DNA of 64,000 bases, from assembly GCA_965208815.1 (NCBI GenBank), contig OZ242357.1, forward strand, positions 1,447,710 to 1,511,709, written 5' to 3'. Below the pieces are notes generated by a model. That model was not told the origin of the DNA and did no database searches. It worked only from the letters and a program-made list of their open reading frames with translations. The DNA is from Pseudomonadales bacterium (GTDB lineage Bacteria > Pseudomonadota > Gammaproteobacteria > Pseudomonadales > Azotimanducaceae). This document shows positions 18,226-27,144 of this stretch, piece after piece. Positions within the stretch are counted from its first letter, which is position 1; each line of letters starts with the position of its first letter. A program made the position numbers and the translations under genes.

Positions 18226-21186
18226 CTAATAGCCGTACCGCTCTCTCCTAAGGCGGAACGCTTCCTCGCTCCCCTCCATAATTTCACTTACCAATTGCTT
18301 CATTTGTATCTTGTCAATGCTGCCAGATTCACGCACCGTTCCAAGGCGGTTTTCAGTTGCAAGAGCAACAATGAGCTCGGCATCTCCGTTTACTGGAATG
18401 TTCGCATTGTGAGTTGCAATGATCACCTGGCGAGAAAACTTTTGTCGTCTAAGCAAGTCTACAACTACGTTGTACACATAGCGATTGTCCAAGTCGTCTT
18501 CGGGTTGATCTATTACGATTGGGTGATCACCTGCAGATAGCAATAGACTCAAGATGGCAGTGCTCTTTTCCCCGACGGACCCAGCCTCTATAGACTTGAA
18601 CGAGCCATCCGGCGAACGCACTTTGGCAAGAACCAAGTCTTCGGGCAAAAACCTCTCCATTTCCTCAATATGAACTCGGTCTTTGCGAGTAAGTGCAGTG
18701 AAGATTGTTCTCGTTAATCTTCCTTCACCTGTAAGAAGATGTGCTAAGTTGGAATTGGATTGTTGAAGATTCGATTCAGTGCCAGCGAGTTCAATATCCT
18801 TGCGCATAGCACGGGACAGCGCAACTATCCGGTCGGGTACGTTTCCGTCTTGGCCAAAGACGTAGTCGCACAAAACGTTCCAATCCTGCTCTCGCAATCC
18901 TGATCCTCCGAACCATTGATCGCGCCGATCTTCGAAATCACTTCGGTCTGCGAACGGGCGAATTTCCAATCGAACATCTGCATCCCTTTCATCCAAGACT
19001 TGCGCCAGCTGTTTCCGGATATTGGCTCGCTCGTCGTGGCAATTTGCTAATCGTCGTTGCGTCTCAAGTACCTTCGCTTCGATTGACTCAATCTCCTTGT
19101 CTATACTTTGTAAGGAGTCAACTTCTCGCTCCAGTTGGGCTTTTCGTTGGAGCAATCGCTCGTGCTGGGCAAGCTCTATGTTGCGAGAGGACATTTCCTC
19201 GACAAGTGCAACATAGGCCGATCGTGTTTTGTCGTAGCCGCTTTGCCATGACGTCGACTGTTCGTTAGCTATTTCTTTCTCCAGGTCACGCAGTAAGCCA
19301 GCTTGCTCACGCAACGCAACAGCGGTTGCTTTAAAGGTGGAACCAATACGATCGGCAACGCGTACTAGCCAAGACTCTGTGGATGCAGTTGATTTGGGAG
19401 CTTTCGACTCCTTTTCCTCTTCCTCTATAGACATTGCTTCTTCTTCTATACTTGACGCAACGTTCTCGAGGCTTGTTCGCTGCTGGACTAACCAATTCCT
19501 TTGACGTTCAAACGTCTCGTAGTCCGCAAGCACTACCTCTCGCCCTTCACTTTTCAGGAAATCAATTTGATCGCTTACCGTGCGGAGATTGGTGACGACG
19601 GTTGGGATTGCATGACTCTTTTCGGTAAGACGTGTTCGAACGTTTTGCAAACGCTCAAGTTCCACAGTCAGCTTCTTTCTTTCGTCGTCGATAGCACTCA
19701 ATTCTGCCGGGTCGATTAGTGCATCCAACTCTGCTCGTTGAGCAGTAGGATTGCGAGCTATTTCTGCAATTTGCCGTTGGGAGAGAATTCTTGGTGCTAT
19801 TAGGCTACGCGGGTCCAGTAATACTATTTGGTGACTATCTCCATTCGTTTCCAGCGCAACGGTAAAGCCATGTGCATTTCGGGATATTCTGTAGTGCTTG
19901 TCGGCCACAACGAGATCGACAGATATCGTGTGATCGGGCAGCAACGTGCCCTTTGTGTCACCGAAATCACGATTGGCTTTCTCGCTAAGAACAGATACAA
20001 CAGCACTTCGTGAAGTTGTAGAGGAATCCCCAGGCAAGTCTTCGTATCGCGCTCGGTCCAAAACGTATCGCAAGTACTCGAGAATTGTCGACTTCCCGCT
20101 GCCGCGTCCACCAATGAGAGTAGTCAAGCACTGATTGAATGGGATGCTGGCTTCATTGTAGAAGTCTGTCCTTTGTACGATCAAACGTTCGATGCGGGGA
20201 TAGCTGCAACTAGGAGGTCCTTCCTCCATTCGCCTAAGTCGGGATTGAGGATCGAGCAGCGCTAGCCGGATGCCCTCAACATCTGGCACGGCCATTTTCA
20301 TCCAAGTAAATTTGCGACCTACAGTCTTGTAGTTGTGAGGGTCCGAACACTGTATCAACGGCCAGTGCTTCCCCGATCGAATTTGGTCCTTTTGAATATC
20401 CGTCAGTGTGTCCCAATCGTCAAACCTGCGTTGAGCAATCCATCGACACAACAGATCCTGAAACGCGGGAGGCAGATCTTCAAACTGTCGATTCGTTTGA
20501 AACCCGTGCCAATCCCTGCGACTTATGATTTGCTCGCGCAAGTGTCCCTTCATTTCGTCCCACAGCGACGTCGCATCTCCTAGATTGAACGTCGCTCCCA
20601 GAAGCTCATTAGCCAATCCTTTGCCACTATCAGCATGTGCGGGTATGACGAGGAATTTCATCCTTCGTTGCCCGTTTTGGGGCTGACAATAGGCATACAG
20701 TCGATCTAGAAAACCTAGAACTGATCGTCCTGTTGAGAGTGGGACACCGGAGTTGGGATCAAATCGATCACTTGCCCCAAAGACGTGGTTGATTGCATTA
20801 TCAATGTGGTTGGCATCTGTGCTAGCTTCAAATATGACGAGAATGTGGATCGGTCTTTCTCCTCCCACTGAGAACTCCACTCCAGGCAATATCACAGGCG
20901 TTGAGCGCTCATCAACACATCCAAAATATGGAGACAGGAAGCGATAGCCGTCGACACTGTTATGGTCTGTCAAGGCGATTACGTCCATTCCTTCACCATC
21001 GGCTGCCTCTCGACATGCTTGTATTACGCGTTCTGCAATCGCCTCTAAGCGAAGTGGGTCGGAGTCTCGAAATGACTGAATGGCCGCTTTGAGGTCTTCA
21101 CCGAATTTTTTCTCGGCGTCAAAAGGTGTATGCACATGCAAGTCACACCGCAACCATCGGGCTCCAAAATCAAACATCTGAACCAT
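18226..21186 (-). CDS. PHP-domain phosphoesterase fused to a Rad50/SbcC/SMC-like ABC ATPase with a long coiled coil
   Basis: 986 aa. N-terminal CDLHVHTP and ALTDHNS (PHP). Walker A GGRGSGKST, then several hundred E/R/Q/L-rich residues. Signature-like SVGEKSTAIL, Walker B IVIDQPEDDLD and ATHN follow. Confidence 0.7.
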   Translation of the reverse strand: MVQMFDFGARWLRCDLHVHTPFDAEKKFGEDLKAAIQSFRDSDPLRLEAIAERVIQACREAADGEGMDVIALTDHNSVDGYRFLSPYFGCVDERSTPVILPGVEFSVGGERPIHILVIFEASTDANHIDNAINHVFGASDRFDPNSGVPLSTGRSVLGFLDRLYAYCQPQNGQRRMKFLVIPAHADSGKGLANELLGATFNLGDATSLWDEMKGHLREQIISRRDWHGFQTNRQFEDLPPAFQDLLCRWIAQRRFDDWDTLTDIQKDQIRSGKHWPLIQCSDPHNYKTVGRKFTWMKMAVPDVEGIRLALLDPQSRLRRMEEGPPSCSYPRIERLIVQRTDFYNEASIPFNQCLTTLIGGRGSGKSTILEYLRYVLDRARYEDLPGDSSTTSRSAVVSVLSEKANRDFGDTKGTLLPDHTISVDLVVADKHYRISRNAHGFTVALETNGDSHQIVLLDPRSLIAPRILSQRQIAEIARNPTAQRAELDALIDPAELSAIDDERKKLTVELERLQNVRTRLTEKSHAIPTVVTNLRTVSDQIDFLKSEGREVVLADYETFERQRNWLVQQRTSLENVASSIEEEAMSIEEEEKESKAPKSTASTESWLVRVADRIGSTFKATAVALREQAGLLRDLEKEIANEQSTSWQSGYDKTRSAYVALVEEMSSRNIELAQHERLLQRKAQLEREVDSLQSIDKEIESIEAKVLETQRRLANCHDERANIRKQLAQVLDERDADVRLEIRPFADRSDFEDRRDQWFGGSGLREQDWNVLCDYVFGQDGNVPDRIVALSRAMRKDIELAGTESNLQQSNSNLAHLLTGEGRLTRTIFTALTRKDRVHIEEMERFLPEDLVLAKVRSPDGSFKSIEAGSVGEKSTAILSLLLSAGDHPIVIDQPEDDLDNRYVYNVVVDLLRRQKFSRQVIIATHNANIPVNGDAELIVALATENRLGTVRESGSIDKIQMKQLVSEIMEGSEEAFRLRRERYGY

Positions 21187-22063
21187 TGCTGTCTAAATTA
21201 CCCGGACCGTTAGGACGATTGACTTCGTTCGTTTCAGCAAACGACGCGCTTCTTGGAATTGGTGTTGCGAAGGGTACAAACTTGGCAACTGGAATGAAAG
21301 GAACTGTTAGTGAATGGAACCCAACAATAAAGTAGCATTTTAGCCTATGGATTGAGCATCTCAAGACACCACAAACTGCAAAGTTCGGCACGTGAGTACT
21401 TGTTCAAAAACAATGCATAGAGATTCGTCTCTAGCTTGGAGCTAATTCCCATTTTGAGCTCCACGAGAACCCGACAAGAACTGAACGGCACCAACAAGCG
21501 TGGGCATCCGCTACGGACAATGCTGAACGAGAGCGCACTCTGTCTGCTGCACGTGCGAGATGGATTCTACTGGCAGAGAGCGCTAAAGAGGGCGCATTGC
21601 AGCACTTTCATCGCATAGTTGCCAAACCCCCGAAGACAGTAATGAAGGAAACCAGATGCACCGGTAACATTCAATGGCGGGACTGAAACTAGGCACATCA
21701 TCAAGCTCCATCGAAAGAACGATCCAGGTACTTCACAATCTGGATGCCACTCAAGTTGTAGAAAGTTGTGTACTGTAGCCGGGGAATCAGCTTGGTTTCT
21801 AAAAACCATTAGGCCAATGGCTTGTAATTGGCTCGTTAATAGAACAAACAAAAAAAACGATGATCTGGAGGTGATAGGCGACGGCGAGCCAAGGTGGCTC
21901 TCAGGAAACTGGAAAACGCAATTTAGGGACGTTGACTTGGATAGACCTACACAACGAGGTTTTTCTGCAACGATTGTTTCCCTCCAATTGAGATGTTAAA
22001 ACAACGGGCAGACCAACCATATCCTAAAATTTGGCTCAATCGCATAAACCGAACACGCAACAA

Positions 22064-22954
22064 ATGTCTAGAGCGCTAAATCTGATGTCTGTTTTTCGTG
22101 ATAAGGCGGCAGAACTGCAGCATGCACGAACTCAATCAGCTCTAATTCACGGGACATCAGACATACGAGCAGCAGGAAACCGAGTAGAAGACGCGTTCCG
22201 TGACTTTCTCAAGAGCGTTCTTTCTCCTCGTTACTACGTTACACACGGCCACCTTATTGATGACAGCGGGCGAACGAGTCCACAATTGGATGTGATAATC
22301 GCTGACCAGTTTAATTTGACCTCGGTTTTGACAGGCAGTGATGGAACACAATATATACCTGCAACGTCTGCATTTGCAATTGGCGAGGTCAAATCAACCT
22401 ACAACAATTCCAAGAATCACTTCAAAGAGTTTACCGACAAGATCTCATTGATCCACGAAGAGTTATCGCGACCGCTAGTTTTAAATACGGTATTTACACT
22501 TTCGAATGATACAGAACTTCATCATGCAATATTGGGAAGTTCTTTTAAATATTTGAATTATTTGTATTCTTTCCTATTTTGTATTGATTCTGGTGATTTT
22601 CAATTCGAGAAATTGAGCCCTATTCTTACAAGTTCGGAACCTCAATACTTGCCTAATGTCTCTGTGTTTCTAAGTGGAGAAAGTTCTGGTATTTTGGCGT
22701 ACGCAAAAAGCAACTCAAACGGCATTAGCTATCATAAGTACCCATGCGAAGTACAGAATCAAGGGTATAGGTGGTGCTTTATACGAGGACACGACATTGA
22801 CGAAGGATCGCGTGAAGGTGTTCATCTTGCTAATCTTTATGCACAAATATATGATCATCTCGCTGGTTCCCACCTTGAACGTACTAAGGTCTACGACTAC
22901 CTTCGAGAAATGGTATATCGTGGTTTCTCTAAGTCTTCGATTAGATGGATTTAG
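22064..22954 (+). CDS. Orphan PD-(D/E)xK-like nuclease-fold protein (DUF6602-like, tentative)
   Basis: ATG at 22064. SPQLDVIIAD ... AIGEVKS fits a D...(E)xK nuclease core. The gene is visibly AT-richer than its neighbours. Confidence 0.45.
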   Translation: MSRALNLMSVFRDKAAELQHARTQSALIHGTSDIRAAGNRVEDAFRDFLKSVLSPRYYVTHGHLIDDSGRTSPQLDVIIADQFNLTSVLTGSDGTQYIPATSAFAIGEVKSTYNNSKNHFKEFTDKISLIHEELSRPLVLNTVFTLSNDTELHHAILGSSFKYLNYLYSFLFCIDSGDFQFEKLSPILTSSEPQYLPNVSVFLSGESSGILAYAKSNSNGISYHKYPCEVQNQGYRWCFIRGHDIDEGSREGVHLANLYAQIYDHLAGSHLERTKVYDYLREMVYRGFSKSSIRWI

Positions 22955-24324
22955 GGAGACTATACTCCAACTAGAACCGAATTGAATGCCCTAGAATTTT
23001 GCCGAGACTCGCAAAGCGTTTCCGACGCGCTAGAATACTTTGTCTTGTCTACGCGCTCGAAGCCCGATTTCCTTATATTTTTAGATCGAGGCGGAACTCG
23101 GATGATCGCTCTCCTCAGAGCTACATACCGGCGATCCCGCATTTGACCAGATGTAGGAAACGCTTCACGATGTATACGACATGCCCCAAGATGAGTTCTG
23201 AGCAGTTCCGCGTTAGTTCCATGTCGCTGCGCTCATGAATTTTCATTTGTTGTTGATCGCGGCGACGAGACGCTTCGCGCGGGCGCGGGACCGGATCCTA
23301 GCTATCGAACAGTGGATCGCCTCACGCATTTCTAGCATGCCTGCTCGCTTCTTCGCCAAAAACGCGGAACCAGATACAGGCGTAATAGGATGAGAGTTTC
23401 GGACTAATCGAGTATGAGTCGAGCCAACAATTCATTTAACACGGTTTAGTGCGATAGCAACAACGGGGCAATCCAAAACTGCGCGCACAATGTGGAAGTG
23501 TTTCCGTGCGAACTCCTCAACAGGCCGACCAATTGGCAGAAGTCGCCACAGGTTAGTGGGCTGTGCACAATGGCTAAAGGAGGATACACACGGGTAAGGC
23601 AACCAACGCCTCTGCATTCCCCAAAATCGATCCTGGGACGCTCAAAAGAAACTGTGCGTTTACTATCACAAGACGGCGAAAGGGAATGGAACCAAATCGA
23701 TCATGGTCTCGGTGGCCCGAGCGCTGGCAGGCTACTTGTGGGACAGTGGACGCAACTCCATGGACCAACTGCAATTATCGTGCACGCGAGCAGCGTGACT
23801 GCAACCGCAACTTAGCCCGATACTGAACCGATCTCGTACACGAGCGACATGAATGCTACCTGGGAACACTCGAATACGCTATGCGGACTGCTCGAACGAG
23901 GAGCGATCCTCGCTGGTAGACTGAGAATAGCCTTGTTAAGCTGTAGCATTCTGTAGTGGCAAACCTACGCATGACAGAGTCCCCATGGTTTATTTCTTCA
24001 TTCAGGGAGCCCTTCGACAAGGAATCGAAATTGGCTAGTGATGTTCTTTACTCCATTGAATCCCTGCGAGCAGTCAAAAAATGAGAGCGAATTTTCTTTC
24101 GATAACAAGAACAGAAGGTATCCGTGAACACCATTGTAAGAGCGCTCCGGTTGGTGCTAAGAAAAATCAAGAAGATACCATGCTCGATATCTTGAAGCCA
24201 GCCATATCATTTAACTTGCCACAAGCCGATAGGTATGTGCCTGAAGGTGCGTGCACAAGACCTTCGAAGAGTGAAAAAGCATCTAGATACATTAAGCTCG
24301 GGTTAAAGCAGGACGTTTGATTAA

Positions 24325-27120
24325 GTGCTCTCCTGGAACGAGATCAGACTCAGAGCCGCATCATTCGCGAAAAAATGGAAGGATGCCAAGTACGAGAAAG
24401 GAGAGACACAGAGTTTTTACAACGATTTCTTCGAGGTGTTTGGTGTCCAACGACGAAGTGTAGCTCGGTATGAGCAGCATGTAGCTAAGCTGAATAATAC
24501 ATCTGGCTACATAGACCTGTTTTGGCCCGGTCGATTGCTTGTCGAGCAAAAGAGCGCAGGCCGCAATCTCAAGAAAGCTTACGGACAGGCAGGAAAATAC
24601 TTCGACGCTCTCAGCGAGGACGAACGTCCGAGGTTCATCCTAGTCAGCGACTTTCAGACCTTCATTCTCCACGATCTCGATGAACGTCAGGAAACAGAAT
24701 TTGCCCTGGTTGACCTGCCACGGAACGTCGAGGCGTTTGGTTTCGTAATAGGTGTCGCACGTCGCGAATTTCGCGACCAAGACCCTGCGAACATCAAGGC
24801 TGCTGAATTGGTAGGGCGACTTCATGATTCATTGGCCGCTACAGGCTACAAGGGGCATGACCTAGCACGGCTTTTGGTGCGCATTGCGTTCTGTCTGTTT
24901 GCTGACGACACTGGGATATTTGATCCCCGCGACATATTCCTTGACTTCATAGAACAGCGAACGAGCGTAGACGGTGCTGATTTAGGTCCATGGCTAATCC
25001 AGTTGTTTCAAGTGCTTGACACACCAGTGGAGGAACGATTGGCAACCTTGGACGACGCACTTGCTCAATTTCCCTATATCAACGGAATGTTGTTTGCTGG
25101 TCCCCTACGAATACCCGCATTTGACAGCCAATTGCGTAATGCATTGCTGGATGCGTGTAAGTTTGACTGGTCAGACATTTCTCCTGCGATCTTTGGGGCT
25201 CTCTTTCAATCGGTTATGGACCCTGAGCAACGTCGTGCACAAGGAGCACACTACACGACTGAAAAGAATATCCTCAAAGTTATCGAGCCACTGTTCATGG
25301 ACGATCTTCGAGCCGATTTTCAACGACTAAAGGCACGTAAAGATAATAGACGCCGGACCGACCTTCAAGCGTTTCAGAAAAGGCTTGGCGACTTACGATT
25401 CTTCGATCCTGCTTGTGGTTGCGGCAACTTTCTCGTTATTGCATATCGTGAATTGCGACTTCTCGAACTGGACGTCATTAGGGAGATGCGCGGAGCTGGA
25501 CAAGTGGAAATATGGGACGTCTCTTCACTGTCTCAGGTCAATGTAAATCAGTTCTTTGGAATCGAAATTAACGAGTTTCCTGTTCGAATAGCGGAAACGG
25601 CTCTTTGGATGATGGATCACATCATGAACAACCGATTGAGCTTCGAATTTGGGCATACCTATTCGCGCATTCCGCTCGAATCCTCTCCAAGCATTGTGTA
25701 CGGAGATGCTTTGGAGATGGATTGGAAAAACGTGCTATCGCCAGGGAGTTGCTCGTTTGTACTTGGAAATCCTCCATTCGCAGGTTCTAAATTTCAATCC
25801 ACGAGCCAGCGAGCGCAGGTTCGTCGCATTGCCGCACTTGGAGGTAGTGGAGGCTCATTAGACTTCGTGAGCGCATGGTTCATCAAGGCAGGTGAATATG
25901 TCCAGGAAAGCAATTCTCGCATTGGATTCGTTGCTACCAACTCGATCACTCAAGGGGAGCAAGTCGCACAACTTTGGCCAATTCTCTTCGACCGCTATGG
26001 GTTGGAATTGACATTTGCGCATCGTACGTTTGCATGGGGATCGGATGCACGCGGCAAGGCTCATGTCCACGTAGTAGTCCTAGGATTGGACCGGCGGGAA
26101 AATGCGCGTTCTTCAACCCGCCTATTCACATATCCCGACATAAATGGCGAACCGAATCAAAGCCAACACAAGAAGCTATCTCCCTACCTAGCTGACTCAA
26201 GTGGAGTAGCTGACTCACATCTGACCGTGCGCGAAGAAAGTAAGCCCATAAATCGGATGCGAAGGCTTCTATTCGGTACCCAGCCCCTCGAAGATGGAAA
26301 TCTCACCTTTTCGACGGCCGAAAAAGCAGCGTTCACAATACAAGAGCCGCTCTCTGCCCCATTCTTCCGACCGTTCGTCGGGGCACGAGAGCTACTGCAA
26401 GGAAAAGAACGTTGGATTCTTCACACAGAGAACATTAATCCTGCAGTCCTCCGCAAAATGCCACTAGTTCGAGACCGAGTACGAGCTGTTCGGGCATTTC
26501 GTGCGAAAAGCACGCGTGCAATCACAAAGCGACTCGCACAATTTCCGACAAAATATGGGGTTTCTGTTGTGCCTGGCAAGCCCTTTCTAACAATTCCAAG
26601 GGTAAGTTCAGAGAGGCGTGACTACACTCCATATGGCTGGCTCGAGCCACCTGCAATTCCTAGTGAAGCCACACTGTGTTTACTCGATGCAACTCTAATT
26701 GAATTTGCACTGCTTACATCCGCGATGCATATGGCTTGGTTGCGTCATATTGGTGGACGCTTAAAGAGTGACTACCGTTATTCCATAGGCCTGGTTTACA
26801 ACACCTTCCCAACTCCTCCTGTATTTCCCGAAAATCAGGCACGATTGTCCAAACTTGAACCATTGGTGCGGGCGATTCTTGACGCACGTGCCTCACACGC
26901 CAGTGAGACGCTTGCCGAACTTTACGATCCGGATTTCATGCCAGCGGAACTAAGGAGAGCACATCAAGTTCTGGATCGCGCCGTAGATCGCCTTTACAGA
27001 TCTAAACGATTTGACTCCGAACGAGAGCGATTTGAACACCTGTTTGCCATGTACGAGAAAATGCGTAGACCACTAACAAATCCAACAGGGACTAAGCGAA
27101 AGCGACGCAAGCGAACTTAA
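24325..27120 (+). CDS. MmeI-family Type IIL restriction-modification enzyme (nuclease + N6-adenine MTase + TRD in one polypeptide)
   Basis: GTG start. The N-terminus LSWNEIRLRA...FFEVFGV...YIDLFWPGRLLVEQKS (D-x9-E-x-K) is colinear with MmeI as I remember it. FFDPACGCGNFLV is motif I and GNPPFAG is motif IV. 931 aa. Confidence 0.8.
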   Translation: MLSWNEIRLRAASFAKKWKDAKYEKGETQSFYNDFFEVFGVQRRSVARYEQHVAKLNNTSGYIDLFWPGRLLVEQKSAGRNLKKAYGQAGKYFDALSEDERPRFILVSDFQTFILHDLDERQETEFALVDLPRNVEAFGFVIGVARREFRDQDPANIKAAELVGRLHDSLAATGYKGHDLARLLVRIAFCLFADDTGIFDPRDIFLDFIEQRTSVDGADLGPWLIQLFQVLDTPVEERLATLDDALAQFPYINGMLFAGPLRIPAFDSQLRNALLDACKFDWSDISPAIFGALFQSVMDPEQRRAQGAHYTTEKNILKVIEPLFMDDLRADFQRLKARKDNRRRTDLQAFQKRLGDLRFFDPACGCGNFLVIAYRELRLLELDVIREMRGAGQVEIWDVSSLSQVNVNQFFGIEINEFPVRIAETALWMMDHIMNNRLSFEFGHTYSRIPLESSPSIVYGDALEMDWKNVLSPGSCSFVLGNPPFAGSKFQSTSQRAQVRRIAALGGSGGSLDFVSAWFIKAGEYVQESNSRIGFVATNSITQGEQVAQLWPILFDRYGLELTFAHRTFAWGSDARGKAHVHVVVLGLDRRENARSSTRLFTYPDINGEPNQSQHKKLSPYLADSSGVADSHLTVREESKPINRMRRLLFGTQPLEDGNLTFSTAEKAAFTIQEPLSAPFFRPFVGARELLQGKERWILHTENINPAVLRKMPLVRDRVRAVRAFRAKSTRAITKRLAQFPTKYGVSVVPGKPFLTIPRVSSERRDYTPYGWLEPPAIPSEATLCLLDATLIEFALLTSAMHMAWLRHIGGRLKSDYRYSIGLVYNTFPTPPVFPENQARLSKLEPLVRAILDARASHASETLAELYDPDFMPAELRRAHQVLDRAVDRLYRSKRFDSERERFEHLFAMYEKMRRPLTNPTGTKRKRRKRT

Positions 27121-27144
27121 CAAACTCTAGCTCCTAGGACGGCT

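Noticed and set aside
22960-23142. A short similarity (RVPPRSK....SGF) between a minus-strand ORF here and the plus-strand ORF just after attR (about 37905-37960). I considered it a possible relic att flank or small conserved gene.
   Set aside because: Nucleotide identity is good for only about 22 bp (18 of 22) and falls to about 60% beyond that. There is no adjacent tRNA-like sequence. This is too weak to call without a search.
24081-24320. A 79-aa ORF ending 4 nt before the MmeI-like gene, considered as a possible controller (C) protein.
   Set aside because: No helix-turn-helix-like segment or RBS is recognisable, and the composition looks random. I kept it only as part of the ORF-poor region finding.
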